DNA of 64,000 bases, taken from the NCBI GenBank assembly GCA_963746845.1, contig CAVVCZ010000001.1, positions 1 through 64,000 of the forward strand, given 5' to 3'. Numbering within the stretch: position 1 is the stretch's first letter; every line of letters starts with the position of its first letter. Below are positions 28,825-39,691 of this stretch, one piece after another. Made by a program: the position numbers and the translations under genes. The notes under the pieces are model-generated. The model saw only the letters and a program-made list of their open reading frames with translations. It was not told where the DNA came from and made no database searches. This stretch comes from an uncultured Chloroflexia bacterium. Lineage in GTDB: Bacteria > Chloroflexota > Limnocylindria > Limnocylindrales > CSP1-4.

Positions 28825-29432
28825 GCCTCGGGCGTCTCGTCCGGCCGCGTCCGGTGATAGACCGCCACGTTGTACGAGAGCCGCGGGCGCTGGAGACCCT
28901 CTCCCACGGTCCGACCGGTCTCGCCGAACGCGCCGTCGAGGAACCCGCGGGCCTCGTCGAGCGTGTCGAAGGTCCAGAAGCAGTGGACGACGCGGACCCG
29001 GAACCCGCCGCGGAGGAACGGACCGTCCCGCCGGCTCCAGTCGCCGTGCTCCTCCAGCTCGCCCCGGAGCCGCGCCACGTCGTCGCGGCCGTAGTCATGG
29101 ACGACCAGGAGGCGCCCGGCCGGCCGGAGCACGCGATCCGCCTCCGCCAGCTCGGCGGTCGTCACGCCACGGAACCCGGACCAGACGCTGACGACGGCAT
29201 CGACGGATCCGTCGGCGGCCCGCCACGGCACGTCGGGCGGGACGCTCGTCACGCGAACGCCGGCGGACGCGTACCTGGCCAGCTCGTCCGGGCCGCCGCC
29301 CAGCACGAGGACATCCCGGCCGGCCAGCGGCCCCAGGCTCTCGAGCGCGCGATCGATCTTGCGCTCCCGGTCCAGCGCCGGCCGAAGCAGGGAAGCGCTG
29401 TCGTCCGGGAGCGCCAGCGGCAGGTCGGACAC
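28821..29432 (-). CDS. Methyltransferase-fold protein (degenerate motif I)
   Basis: DVLVLGGG, DGSVDAVV and EADRVLRPAGRLLVV. GTG start after TATACT. Confidence 0.65.
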   Translation of the reverse strand: MSDLPLALPDDSASLLRPALDRERKIDRALESLGPLAGRDVLVLGGGPDELARYASAGVRVTSVPPDVPWRAADGSVDAVVSVWSGFRGVTTAELAEADRVLRPAGRLLVVHDYGRDDVARLRGELEEHGDWSRRDGPFLRGGFRVRVVHCFWTFDTLDEARGFLDGAFGETGRTVGEGLQRPRLSYNVAVYHRTRPDETPEA

Positions 29433-29506
29433 GGGCGGGAAGTATAGGGGCGCGATCCCGGGGGCTCCCGGCAGCGGACCGGACCGTGGCATGGCACGAT
29501 CCGTCC

Positions 29507-29878
29507 GTGATCGAGCAGGTCCGGGCGATGCCCGGCGGCATCCGGCTGTTCCTGGTCTACGCGTTCGCGATCCTCGCGGGGATCGGGATCTCGCTGCGCT
29601 ACGTCATCGACCTGGCGATCGGGGCGCCGGTCAGCGGACCCGGCGTGGTCGTGATGGTCCTCCTCGCCTACACGATCTTCACGACGACCCTGGTCATCCA
29701 GCGCAAGCAGGCGTCCCGTGGCCTGGCGCTCGGGCTGGCCAGCCTGACCCTGCCGCTGCTCGCGTTCTGCCTCGCGAACGGCCTCGTCCCGCAGGCCGTC
29801 TTCGTTGGGGCCCTGGCGGCGCTCCTGTTCCGCGGACTGCTTCGTCCCGAGGTGCGGATCTGGCTCAACGAGGAGTGA
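29507..29878 (+). CDS. Small four-TM membrane protein
   Basis: Hydrophobic 123-aa ORF. GTG start 6 nt after CACGAT. Confidence 0.7.
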   Translation: MIEQVRAMPGGIRLFLVYAFAILAGIGISLRYVIDLAIGAPVSGPGVVVMVLLAYTIFTTTLVIQRKQASRGLALGLASLTLPLLAFCLANGLVPQAVFVGALAALLFRGLLRPEVRIWLNEE

Positions 29879-30008
29879 GCCGCCGGCCCGACCGTCCGAT
29901 CGAGGCTTGTACGCTACCCTTCCCACGACCGTGCGGGCCGACGCCCGCTCGTCCGCGCGCGATCCGTCACGCGCCTCCGATGACATTCACACGAGGCACC
30001 TTCGAACC

Positions 30009-31052
30009 GTGAGCAAGGAGTCACGCCGCGCCGCGCGCGCGGCCCGGGAGAGCCGACGGGCCGCCGAGGCAGGCCACACGAGCGCGGCAGGCGCGGCCGG
30101 ATCGACGGGTGCGGCGGCCGCGTCCGCCGGCGCGACATCGGCCGGCACACCGAGCGCCACGCCGGGCGTCCGCAGGGCGAGCCACGGTCCGAGCGGCAGC
30201 GCCCGCGCCGGCCGGCGCGAGCGGACGCGGACCTACCGCCAGCCGACGTTCCTCGAGCGCTACCGGACCGTGATCATCTCCGTCGTCGTGGTCGCCGTCG
30301 CGGCCGTCGCCGTCGGCTGGATCTTCCTCGGGTCGACCCAGGCCGCGTGGACCTGTACGAACCAGTTCAACCCGAGCGCGACGCCGACCGTCGAGCCCGG
30401 CTCGAGCACCCGCCTCGGCTTCGTCCAGGACGACATGGGCCGCAGCCATGCGGTGAGCGTGCCGCAGAACTACCTGTACTGCCCGCCGGCGTCCGGGAAC
30501 CACCTGAACGTGTCCGGTCTCGGCCCGATCCAGCCGCGGGTCTACAAGCCGACCGACAAGATCGGCCCGCCGAACTGGATCCACAACCTGGAGCACGGCG
30601 CGATGGTCGTCCTGTACCGGACGGACAGCCCCGGTGCGACGGACGCCGGCCAGCTGGCGTTCAAGAACTTCTTCAACACCTTCCCGCCGAGTCCGTTGTG
30701 CGGGATCCCGGCGGGCCAGCTCTCGCCCGTGATCGCGCCGTTCAACGACATGCCGCATCCGTACGCCGCCCTGGTCTGGGGTCGCGTCCTGTACATGGAC
30801 ACGTGGGATCCATCGCTCGCGATCCGGTTCTACAACGAGGAATCGGAGCGGCTCGATGCCAACGGCGACCTCGTCGCGCCGCCGGAGGACGTGACGGGAT
30901 GCGCGGCTCGGCTGAAGGCGTCGGCCAGCCCGTCGGCCGCGGCGAGCGACGCGGCTCCGTCCGCGGCCGCGAGCGATGCGGCCCCGTCGGCCGCCCCGTC
31001 CACGGAGCCCTCGGCGGCCCCGAGCACCCAGCCGTCGCCCAGCGCAAGCTGA
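30009..31052 (+). CDS. DUF3105-like membrane-anchored protein
   Basis: [20 protein letters not shown] and LVWGRVL motifs. One TM and Ala/Ser/Pro tail repeats. Confidence 0.8.
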   Translation: MSKESRRAARAARESRRAAEAGHTSAAGAAGSTGAAAASAGATSAGTPSATPGVRRASHGPSGSARAGRRERTRTYRQPTFLERYRTVIISVVVVAVAAVAVGWIFLGSTQAAWTCTNQFNPSATPTVEPGSSTRLGFVQDDMGRSHAVSVPQNYLYCPPASGNHLNVSGLGPIQPRVYKPTDKIGPPNWIHNLEHGAMVVLYRTDSPGATDAGQLAFKNFFNTFPPSPLCGIPAGQLSPVIAPFNDMPHPYAALVWGRVLYMDTWDPSLAIRFYNEESERLDANGDLVAPPEDVTGCAARLKASASPSAAASDAAPSAAASDAAPSAAPSTEPSAAPSTQPSPSAS

Positions 31053-31095
31053 TCTCCCGGACGAGTCGCGCGGGACCCGCCACACTGGTCCGGTG

Positions 31096-32124
31096 ATGCG
31101 CGCCCTCGTCAAGGAAGCCGCCGGTCCCGGGCTCGTCCTGACGGACGTCCCCGAGCCGCCGATGGGCATCAACGACGTCCGGATCCGCGTCCGCAAGACC
31201 GGCATCTGCGGGACGGACCTGCACATCGCGTCGTGGGACCCGTGGGCGGCCCGGACGATCCGACCGCCGCTCGTCGTCGGCCACGAGTTCGTCGGCGAGG
31301 TGCTCGAGATCGGGAGCAACGTGACCGACCTCGCCCCCGGCGACGTCGTCAGCGGCGAAGGCCACGTCGTCTGCGGCCACTGCCGGCACTGCCGGGCAGG
31401 ACGGTGGCACCTGTGTGCCCGGACCGTCGGCCTCGGCGTCAACCGTGACGGCGCCTTCGCCGAGCAGGTCGTCCTGCCCGTCACGAACATCTGGCACCAC
31501 TGGCCGGGGATCGACGAGGAGGTCGCCGCGATCTTCGACCCGTTCGGGAACGCGGTCCACACGGCATTGAGCTTCCCGGTCCTCGGCGAGGACGTCCTCG
31601 TCGTCGGGGCGGGCCCGATCGGGCTGATGGCCGCGGCCGTCGCCCGCCACGCCGGCGCCCGCTTCGTCGTCGTCAGCGAGCCGAACCCCGTGCGTCGCGA
31701 CCTCGCGCTCAAGATGGGCGCCACCCACGTCGTCGACCCGCGGGCGACGACCCTCCAGGACGTCCAGCGCGAGATCGGGATGGTCGAGGGCTTCGACGTC
31801 GTCCTCGAGATGTCCGGCAATCCCGGCGCCCTGCGCGACGCGCTCGGCAACATGGCGCATGGCGGCGGGATGGCGATCCTCGGCATCCCGACCGAGGAGA
31901 TCCCGATCGACGTCAACCAGGTCGTCTTCAACCAGCTGACGCTGCGGGGGATCTACGGCCGGGAGATGTACGAGACGTGGTACAAGATGTCGGTGATGCT
32001 CCAGTCCGGGCTCGACATCCGCCCGGCGATCACGCATCGCTTCTCGTACCGCGACCACGAGGCGGCGTTCGCCACGGCGCGGAGCGGCGACTCGGGCAAG
32101 GTGATCATGGACTGGAGGGCCTGA
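31096..32124 (+). CDS. tdh: L-threonine 3-dehydrogenase
   Basis: [12 protein letters not shown], the zinc Cys cluster, DPFGNAVHT and [11 protein letters not shown] motifs. Confidence 0.95.
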   Translation: MRALVKEAAGPGLVLTDVPEPPMGINDVRIRVRKTGICGTDLHIASWDPWAARTIRPPLVVGHEFVGEVLEIGSNVTDLAPGDVVSGEGHVVCGHCRHCRAGRWHLCARTVGLGVNRDGAFAEQVVLPVTNIWHHWPGIDEEVAAIFDPFGNAVHTALSFPVLGEDVLVVGAGPIGLMAAAVARHAGARFVVVSEPNPVRRDLALKMGATHVVDPRATTLQDVQREIGMVEGFDVVLEMSGNPGALRDALGNMAHGGGMAILGIPTEEIPIDVNQVVFNQLTLRGIYGREMYETWYKMSVMLQSGLDIRPAITHRFSYRDHEAAFATARSGDSGKVIMDWRA

Positions 32125-32129
32125 CGGCG

Positions 32130-33352
<1,223 letters not shown>

Positions 33353-33356
<4 letters not shown>

Positions 33357-34264
33357 GCGAGGAGCCGCTCGTCGCCCAGGCCGAAGACTTGCCCTTCGAT
33401 GGGCATCTTCACACCGATCTGTCGCCGGACAGCGACGTCCCGATCGACGACTACGCGGCGCAGGCGATCGCCCGCCGGATCACGGAGATCGCGATCACCG
33501 ATCACGTCGACTTCGTGCCGGGCACCCCGGCGTACGACTTCACGACGTTCGAGGAGCGCGAACGGATCGTTCGCGCGGCGGCCGAGCGCTGGGCGCCCCA
33601 CGGGTTGACGATCCGGTTCGGGGTCGAGATCACCTACGACCGCCCGCACGAGGCCGACATCCGGGCACACCTCGCGCGTCACGCCTACGACTTCGTGATC
33701 GGCAGCGTCCACGTCTACGCCGACTCGCCGTTCCACGCCGCGCGCGTCGCCGCCTGGACCGCCGGCCGGCCGTTGCCCGAGATCGTCGCGCCCTATTTCG
33801 ACGAGGTCCTCGCCGCGATCCGCTCCGGCCTGTTCGACGCGATCGGACATCTCGACTTCGTCAAGCGGTACCTCGTTCCCCATGTCACGCCGGGCCAGCT
33901 CGCCGCCGCCCCGGAGCTGTACGAGCCGCTGCTGATCGCGCTCGTCGAGACCGGCACGGCCCTCGAGGTGAACACGAGCGGGCTCCGGCAGTCGGCGGGC
34001 GAGACGTACCCGGCCGGCCCGGTCGTCGAGCGCTACCGAGCCCTCGGCGGCGTCAGGGTGTCGGCCGGCTCGGACGCGCACCGGAGCGGGGCGTTCACGT
34101 CGGGTCTCGAGGCGGGCTATCGGATCGTCGCCGCCGCCGGGTTCGACGAGCTGGCCGTGCGTCGGGGGGCGACCCGGACCCCGGTCGTTCTGCCGGACCG
34201 ATACCGGGTGGCCGGGCGCACGCCCGGTCGCGATGGTGCCGCTCGCGTTCCCTCCGGCTCATGA
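33353..34264 (+). CDS. PHP-family phosphatase (HisJ-like)
   Basis: DGHLHT, ITDH, GSVH, GHLD, LEVNTSG and GSDAH motifs. Confidence 0.85.
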
Positions 34265-35031
34265 CGGACACGCCCGGACTCGACCTCGTCGTCCTCGGTG
34301 CCGGACCTGCGTACACGACGCGGGCCGGGTCCTCCGGAGCGGCCTATCTCGTGCGATCCGGGCGAACGTCGATCCTCCTCGACCTCGGTCAGGGGTCGTT
34401 CCCGCGGCTCGCGGCCGTCATCGAGCCGAGCTCGCTGTCGGCGGCCGTCGTGAGCCACCTCCACCCCGATCACTTCATCGACCTGATCCCGCTCCGCCAC
34501 TACCTCGCCTACTGGTTCCGGCCGGGGCGGCGGTTGCGCGTCCTCGCCCCGGACGGTCTGGCCACACGGATCGACGCCCTCCACGCGCAGGCCGGGTTCA
34601 CGGCGACAGCCCTCGACGTCGAGCCGTTCGCCCCCGGGGTCGTCACGATCGGCGACCTCACGCTCGAGGCGCGCCGGGTGACCCACACGGACGACAGCCA
34701 CGCCGTCCGCGTCGCACCCTCTGGCGGCGGTGCCGGCCTCGTCTACTCGGGCGACTGCGGACGCGCCGAAGACCTGGCGCCGCTGATCCACGACGGCGAC
34801 ACCCTCCTCGTCGAGGTGTCGTTCGGCGAGGGACCCGTGCCGCCCGAGGTGACCCATCTGGACGCGCCGTCGATCGCCGCGCTCGTTCGCCGGCATGCCC
34901 TCGGACGCGTGCTGCTGACGCATCTCCAGATGGGCTTCGATGGATCGCGGACGGTCGCGATCGTCCAGGAGGCGACGACCGCCCCGGTCAGCCTGGTCGA
35001 GCCCGGTGACACATTCGCCCTCCGGACATGA
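34261..35031 (+). CDS. MBL-fold hydrolase (RNase Z-like)
   Basis: SHLHPDH, YSGD and LLTHL motifs. Confidence 0.85.
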   Translation: MTDTPGLDLVVLGAGPAYTTRAGSSGAAYLVRSGRTSILLDLGQGSFPRLAAVIEPSSLSAAVVSHLHPDHFIDLIPLRHYLAYWFRPGRRLRVLAPDGLATRIDALHAQAGFTATALDVEPFAPGVVTIGDLTLEARRVTHTDDSHAVRVAPSGGGAGLVYSGDCGRAEDLAPLIHDGDTLLVEVSFGEGPVPPEVTHLDAPSIAALVRRHALGRVLLTHLQMGFDGSRTVAIVQEATTAPVSLVEPGDTFALRT

Positions 35032-35032
35032 A

Positions 35033-35065
35033 GAGACCGGGGCGCAGAACCTGCGCCCCGGTCTC
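35033..35065. terminator. Perfect 15-bp hairpin between convergent genes
   Basis: GAGACCGGGGCGCAG-AAC-CTGCGCCCCGGTCTC. Confidence 0.75.
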
Positions 35066-35089
35066 GAGCTTGCAGAGGGTTGATGCGCC

Positions 35090-35911
35090 TTAGCGCTTGC
35101 TCGACCGCTTCGGCTTCGGGATGACAAGGGCCAGGACGACCACGCCGGCGAGGGCCGCGAGGCCGAGCCGCCAGCTGTCATCCGATGGAGCGGGGGTTCG
35201 GCCGATCGTGTCGGTCGGCGGAGGCGTGACCGCCGCGGGCGGCGTGCCCGTCACACCCAGGACCTGGTCCGAGGGCGGGTCGCTCGGGGTCTCCGAGGGC
35301 GTCTCCGAGGGAGTCTCGCTCGGGGTCTCCGACGGGGTCTCGCTGGGCGTCTCCGACGGGGTCTCGCTGGGCGTCTCGGACGGAGTCTCGCTCGGGGTCT
35401 CCGAAGGAGTCTCCGACGGAGTCTCGCTGGGCGTCTCGGACGGAGTCTCGCTCGGCGTCTCGGAAGGCGTCTCGCTCGGCTGATCGGCCCCGCAGAAGAT
35501 GATGTGGCTGATTCCCTTGTCGCCTTCGTCGAAGGCCCCGGAGCCGTTACTGTCCGCCCAGACCGTCTCACCCGCGCTCGCATTGGCGAACAGGGTGTTG
35601 ACGTGGCCCGGCGCGGACTCCTCGGACCCGGCCTTGACGATCACGAGGTCGTAGTCCTTGGTCAGGACAAACGTGGAGCCGAGGTTGCCATTCTCGAGCT
35701 TCGTGCAGTCGTCGCCCCAGGTCGCCGGATCGTTGTTCTCCGGATTCGAAGGCGGGCCGGGCGCGTAGCCGGTGACGGTCGCCCAGTTCGTGACCGCGGC
35801 TGCCGATGTCGGAGCGAACGCGGCGACGACGAGCATCGACGCCGACGCGAGTCCCGCGGCGGCACGAAGCACGCTGCCGTGTCGACGGCGAGTGGAGGCT
35901 TTTCGGTTCAT
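35090..35911 (-). CDS. Secreted surface protein with a (PSET)16 stalk and C-terminal anchor
   Basis: Signal peptide ending in SAAA, a small domain with two Cys, PSET repeats, then TPPPTDT, a TM and PKPKRSSKR. Confidence 0.85.
   Translation of the reverse strand: MNRKASTRRRHGSVLRAAAGLASASMLVVAAFAPTSAAAVTNWATVTGYAPGPPSNPENNDPATWGDDCTKLENGNLGSTFVLTKDYDLVIVKAGSEESAPGHVNTLFANASAGETVWADSNGSGAFDEGDKGISHIIFCGADQPSETPSETPSETPSETPSETPSETPSETPSETPSETPSETPSETPSETPSETPSETPSETPSETPSDPPSDQVLGVTGTPPAAVTPPPTDTIGRTPAPSDDSWRLGLAALAGVVVLALVIPKPKRSSKR
35288..35479 (-). repeat. 16 x 12-bp coding tandem repeat (PSET)
   Basis: GTCTC recurs every 12 nt from 35289 to 35469 with synonymous variation. Confidence 0.95.
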
Positions 35912-36297
35912 GGCGGTCCCCGAGCTATGAAGGATGTGGTCGATCCCGATCCCGAGGGGAGACGCCCCGCGGCCTCGCGATCGTGCCGGATGAGAACAGG
36001 ACCCGTCCAGTACCTTTGGCTTACGCCAAGCCCACCAGACCTCACCGGTCCTCAATTAACCATGAGCGAGAACCGGTGCCGAGCGTCAACAGTCCGGGTA
36101 GGACCAGCCAGGACCAGTGGCGCCGTCCGTGGGCGGACCATTGACCCAGCCGTCGTTGACGGGGCGCGCCATCCTACATTGGACATCCACGCCGAATCAA
36201 TGGTCAGATTCACGACACTCCGGCCGTCCGGCCGGGCACGGACCGGCCCGATCCGAGCGGGGTGCGGCGTCGTCCCGACCGGTAGGATTGGCGACCG

Positions 36298-38025
36298 ATG
36301 ACGAGCGTGAAACCCCCTGCCGACTCAGCGGACCCACGAGCGATGACGGCGCAGGTCACCGTTCGCGAGCAGGTCCGCGACGCGCTCGATCGGGCGTGGG
36401 TCGCGGCCGAGGCCTCCGGCGCCCTCCCGGCGCATCCGGCTGACCAGCCTCGCCCAATGGTGGAGATCGACCGACCGACCAAGGCAGAGCACGGCGACCT
36501 CGCGACCAACCTGGCGATGAAGCTCGCACGTCCCCTTCGGCGCCCACCGCTCGCGATCGCGACGGCCCTGGTCGAGGCGCTCCCCACCACGGCGACGGAC
36601 CCCGCAAGCCCGATCGCGGAGGCGGTCGTCGCGCCGCCCGGCTTCGTGAACCTGCGGCTCTCGGACGGGATCCTCGCGACGACGATCGACGCGATCCTCG
36701 CGGCGCCGGACACGTGGGGCCGGGTCGCGCGTGCGCGCCCGCGATCGGTCAACGTCGAGTTCGTCTCGGCCAACCCGACGGGGCCGCTGACCATCGGGAA
36801 CGCCCGCGGCGCCTTCGTCGGCGACCTGCTGTGTCGCGTCCTGGCGGCGGGCGGGCAGGACGTCACGCGCGAGTACTACTTCAACGACTCGGGCGGCCAG
36901 ATCGACAAGCTCGGTGCGTCGGTGCTCGCGCTCCGGCGCGACGAGCCCGTCCCGGAGGACGGCTACCACGGCGCCTACGTCGCCGATCTCGCGGCCTCCG
37001 TGCCGGGCGACGTCTGGACCGCCGCGACGGCCGACGGGGCGGACGCGGCGGCGATCCTCGGGCACTGGGCCGCGGGCACCGTCCGTGCGTCGATCGAGGC
37101 GAGCCTGGGGCGTCTCGGCGTCCATTTCGACGTCTGGAAGAGCGAGGGCTCGCTCCACTCGGAGGGCTGGGTGAACCGGGCCATCGCCCAGCTCGGGGAC
37201 CGCGGCCACCTGTACGAACAGGAAGGGGCGACCTGGTTCCGCTCGACGACGTTCGGCGACGACAAGGACCGGGTCGTCCTCCGGTCCGACGGCCGCCCGA
37301 CGTACTTCGCCGCGGACATCGGCTATCTCGCCGAGAAGTTCAGCCGGGGCTACGACCACATCATCTACGTCTGGGGGATCGACCACCACGGCTACATCGC
37401 CCGGACCCGCGGCGCCGCGGCCGGTCTCGGCATCGACCCCGACCACGTCGAAGTGATCCTCACCGGCTGGGTGTCGGTGATCCGCGACGGCCAGGTGATC
37501 GCGATGTCCAAGCGAGCCGGCGACATCTACCTGCTCGACACGCTCCTCGACGACATCGGCGTCGACGCGGCGCGCTGGTTCTTCGCCTCACGGGGGGCGA
37601 ACCTCGACATGGACATCGATGTCGAGCTCGCCAAGCGCCAGTCGTCGGACAACCCCGTCTACTACGTCCAGTACGCCCACGCCCGGATCGCGTCGATCCT
37701 GCGCAAGGCGGCCGACGCCGGGCTGCCCGCCGCGCCGAGCGTGGCCGGTCACCTGGCGGGGGCTCCGGAGGCGGCCCTCGCCCGGGCGATCGTCCGCTTC
37801 CCGGAGGTCGTCGAGGACGCCGCGACGTCGGAGGAGACCCACGGCGTGACCGCCTACGCGACGGACCTGGCCACGCAGTTCCACGCGTTCTACCGCGACG
37901 CGCGGGTCGTCGACGAGGACCATCCGGAGGTCTCGGCCGCGCGGCTTGCGCTCGTGACGGCCGCCATGACGACCCTCGCGAACGCGCTCGGGCTGCTCGG
38001 GATCAGCGCTCCCGCGGCGATGTAG
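36298..38025 (+). CDS. argS: Arginine--tRNA ligase
   Basis: EFVSANPTGPL, EYYFND, DHHGY, MSKRAG, NPVYYVQYAHARI and C-terminal LLGISAPAAM. Confidence 0.96.
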   Translation: MTSVKPPADSADPRAMTAQVTVREQVRDALDRAWVAAEASGALPAHPADQPRPMVEIDRPTKAEHGDLATNLAMKLARPLRRPPLAIATALVEALPTTATDPASPIAEAVVAPPGFVNLRLSDGILATTIDAILAAPDTWGRVARARPRSVNVEFVSANPTGPLTIGNARGAFVGDLLCRVLAAGGQDVTREYYFNDSGGQIDKLGASVLALRRDEPVPEDGYHGAYVADLAASVPGDVWTAATADGADAAAILGHWAAGTVRASIEASLGRLGVHFDVWKSEGSLHSEGWVNRAIAQLGDRGHLYEQEGATWFRSTTFGDDKDRVVLRSDGRPTYFAADIGYLAEKFSRGYDHIIYVWGIDHHGYIARTRGAAAGLGIDPDHVEVILTGWVSVIRDGQVIAMSKRAGDIYLLDTLLDDIGVDAARWFFASRGANLDMDIDVELAKRQSSDNPVYYVQYAHARIASILRKAADAGLPAAPSVAGHLAGAPEAALARAIVRFPEVVEDAATSEETHGVTAYATDLATQFHAFYRDARVVDEDHPEVSAARLALVTAAMTTLANALGLLGISAPAAM

Positions 38026-38049
38026 CGGCCGAGCCGCTCCCGTCGGCTC

Positions 38050-39381
38050 CTAGCCGGCCAGACCGAGGACGCCGGTGAGCCGGCCCAGCGTCGCGTCATC
38101 CGAGGCGACCACGACCCAGCGCTCCGCGCCGCCCGCCCCGGGGAGGAGCGCGGCGGAGTCCCCCAGCCCGTCGACGATCGGCGTCGCCGCCGTCTCGAAC
38201 TCGGTCGCGTCGGTCGGCGTGTCCCAGGCGGTCCGGAGGACGACGCCCCAGGCGCCGTCCGGACCGTTCACGACCGCGACGCGGTCGCCGCCCCAGCCCG
38301 CGGCCGCCGCCTTCGCGTCGGCCGCGGAGATCGACGTGTTCTGCTTGAGCCAGACGCCCATCTGGAACTCGCCGAACGAGTCCTCGAGCCCGGTCGTCCA
38401 GCCGGTCCCGAGCTGTGTCGCCAGATCCTTCGGGAGCGTGACCGCGATCGGCCCCTCGCCGGACGCGTACTTCTCCGGGTGCATGACCTGCTCGGTCGAG
38501 GCGGGTGGATTCGCGAATGCCGCATCGACCGCCTTCCAGCCGCCCTGCACCTGGAGGCCCTGCACGAAGCTGAGGCCCTGCGAGTACGGGAACAGGAGCG
38601 ACTCGCGGAGGATCGCGGGCATCGCCATGAGCTCCTTGGTCGAGGGGTCCGCGGCCGCCTGCGTCATCAGCTGCCCGAACTCGGCCTGGCTCAGGTTCTT
38701 CAGCTGCCAGAAGGACATCGACAGCGTGGCGTCGCCCTCGACGAGGGACAGGCGCCCGAACGACCGGTCGCCCTGCCCGACCTCGTCGAGCTTGAGCGAG
38801 CCGAGATCGAAGTTCTGGTCCTGGAGCGCGTGCGTGAACTCGTGGGCGAAGGTCGTCTTCTCGATCGGACCGATGCCGCCGGACTTCGAGACGACATAGA
38901 GCTGCTTGTCGTCGGGGCTGTACAGGCCGGCGACCTGGCTGCCGAGCAGCTTGACGTACAGGTCCTTCAGGCTGGCGTCCGCGGGCAGCAGACCGAGCGC
39001 CTTGAAGACTCGCTCGTTGGCCGCGATCAATGCCGGCGGGTTGTCCTTGTCGAAGCCGTCGGCGACGAACTTCTTGATCCCGGCGTCGTCGAGGACGGTC
39101 GGGTTGACCGGGGACTTCGGCTGGAGCTGCCGGATCGCGACGACCTGGTCCTCGATGGACCGGTAGATCGCCGCCGTGTCCTGGGATCCGGCGGGCGTCG
39201 GCGCGGCGGTGCTCGGTGCCGATGAAGGGCTCGCGGACGCCGCCGGGCTCGGCGTCGCCGTGGTCGAGCCGCACGCGGCGACGAGCACGAGGAGGATGGT
39301 GATCGGGAGCAGGGAGAGCCTGCGGGACCGCCGCTTCACGGGCGGTCCTGATGGGTGCGTAGCATCGGCGGATTGTTGCAT
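38050..39381 (-). CDS. Zincin-like (HExxH) lipoprotein
   Basis: Lipobox VAAC. Motifs AHEFTHALQDQ, LVEGDA, FPY, PPASTEQVMHPEKY and AAAGWGGD. Confidence 0.82.
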   Translation of the reverse strand: MQQSADATHPSGPPVKRRSRRLSLLPITILLVLVAACGSTTATPSPAASASPSSAPSTAAPTPAGSQDTAAIYRSIEDQVVAIRQLQPKSPVNPTVLDDAGIKKFVADGFDKDNPPALIAANERVFKALGLLPADASLKDLYVKLLGSQVAGLYSPDDKQLYVVSKSGGIGPIEKTTFAHEFTHALQDQNFDLGSLKLDEVGQGDRSFGRLSLVEGDATLSMSFWQLKNLSQAEFGQLMTQAAADPSTKELMAMPAILRESLLFPYSQGLSFVQGLQVQGGWKAVDAAFANPPASTEQVMHPEKYASGEGPIAVTLPKDLATQLGTGWTTGLEDSFGEFQMGVWLKQNTSISAADAKAAAAGWGGDRVAVVNGPDGAWGVVLRTAWDTPTDATEFETAATPIVDGLGDSAALLPGAGGAERWVVVASDDATLGRLTGVLGLAG

Positions 39382-39444
39382 GGCGAATCGTCCCGGAACG
39401 ATGACGCGATTGTCCTGAGTTGCGTGTCGCTTTCTTAATCGACC

Positions 39445-39562
39445 TCGGCGCCGTGGGTGAATGCGTCCGGTCTACCTTCCGATTCGGACCGAACCCTCAG
39501 GGTTCCATCCTCCCTCCCTCCGAGCGGGGGCGCCGATTGGGCAGGCGTCCCCGCTCTTTCCT
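39445..39562 (+). ncRNA. Candidate small RNA with C-rich loops and an intrinsic terminator
   Basis: Two hairpins and a CCTCCCTCCCTCC linker, followed by a 13-bp GC stem and TTTCCTTT. No convincing ORF. Confidence 0.45.
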
Positions 39563-39564
39563 TT
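39522..39564 (+). terminator. Intrinsic terminator
   Basis: GAGCGGGGGCGCC (39522-39534) pairs with GGCGTCCCCGCTC (39544-39556), followed by a T-rich tail. Confidence 0.7.
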
Positions 39565-39691
39565 CCCCTTGGCACTTTCAGCGGCTGCCGCGCCATGCCG
39601 ACGCGGGTGTGCGTGGCGGGTGGTGGCTGGGCCGGCCCGGGGCGATCGCGCAGGTGGTTCGGGGTGCAGCCGGCTGTGACAGAATCGGCGC

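Noticed and set aside
35288-35479. Regular short repeat as a possible CRISPR array
   Set aside because: It is a contiguous 12-bp unit with no spacers, in frame as PSET, and no cas genes are present.
36060-36297. T-box riboswitch upstream of argS
   Set aside because: No T-box consensus (GGTGGNACC) or terminator, and argS appears leaderless.
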